64,000 nucleotides of DNA, taken from positions 202,122,001 to 202,186,000 of the forward strand of contig NC_086097.1 of the NCBI RefSeq assembly GCF_963921235.1, written 5' to 3'. Of this stretch, positions 63,621-64,000 are shown in pieces (the stretch's first letter is position 1; every line of letters starts with the position of its first letter). A program made the position numbers and the translations under genes. The DNA comes from Mobula hypostoma (lineage: Eukaryota). The notes below the pieces were generated by a model. It was not told the DNA's origin. It saw only the letters and a program-made list of their open reading frames with translations, and made no database searches.

Positions 63621-64000
63621 ATTTAACAAACAAAAACTGATGTACAGTTATAATAAGACATATTTTGCTGTGGTGGAGCAGTAAAGTGAATATTAGTTAG
63701 ATGATTTTGTACATATAGATTTTTAAATATTTTTGGACAATAAATTGCTTAAAGTGTAAGATGATAATAACACAGTGAGTGAATGAAGACACATATCAGT
63801 GTTATGAGAATTGGAATGAGAAACTGTGCATTTCTTTAACTAGTCATATTGATAATAAATGGTACCAGGATGGAGATAGAAAGATTGAGAGAGATAACAT
63901 GAAATAGTGTAAAAGAGTATTTAATTTTTTTTATATTTTGAAAATCACTACATAAATTATCATATTGCTAATAGCATTTAGATTACAAAACTAAACTTTC

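Noticed and set aside
1..64000. CRISPR arrays, operons, rRNA or other prokaryotic systems
   Set aside because: The sequence is clearly vertebrate repeat-rich DNA; no regularly spaced direct repeats or operon structure were seen.

Overview
Eukaryotic, AT-rich and repeat-dominated vertebrate DNA. The repeat inventory (V-domain/HE1-like SINEs, abundant CR1 and Rex1/Babar LINEs, palindromic Penelope derivatives) points to a cartilaginous fish, probably a ray; this is inference. No intact host gene can be recognised. Nearly every ORF in the track is a decayed transposable-element fragment or a spurious frame. Element classes present: Gypsy LTR element, solo LTR, HERO/R2-type RLE fragment, CR1, L2, RTE and Rex1 LINEs, tRNA-derived SINEs, two Tc1 copies, two hAT-type elements, a Harbinger transposase fossil and two families of Penelope-like elements (PLEs). 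Three signals stand out. (1) Short palindromic PLE insertions carry minimal type I hammerhead-ribozyme cores (CTGANGA...GAAAC-GTC), with stem I covarying between two families and truncation points clustering in the ribozyme core. (2) A hAT transposon has a Tigger/pogo CENP-B-type DNA-binding module joined to its transposase. (3) A hAT-like element has a 6-bp TSD and a duplicated terminus. A CpG-rich promoter-like island (~41.9-42.85 kb) and one candidate minus-strand exon are the only hints of host-gene sequence. Boundaries of old, decayed repeats are approximate.
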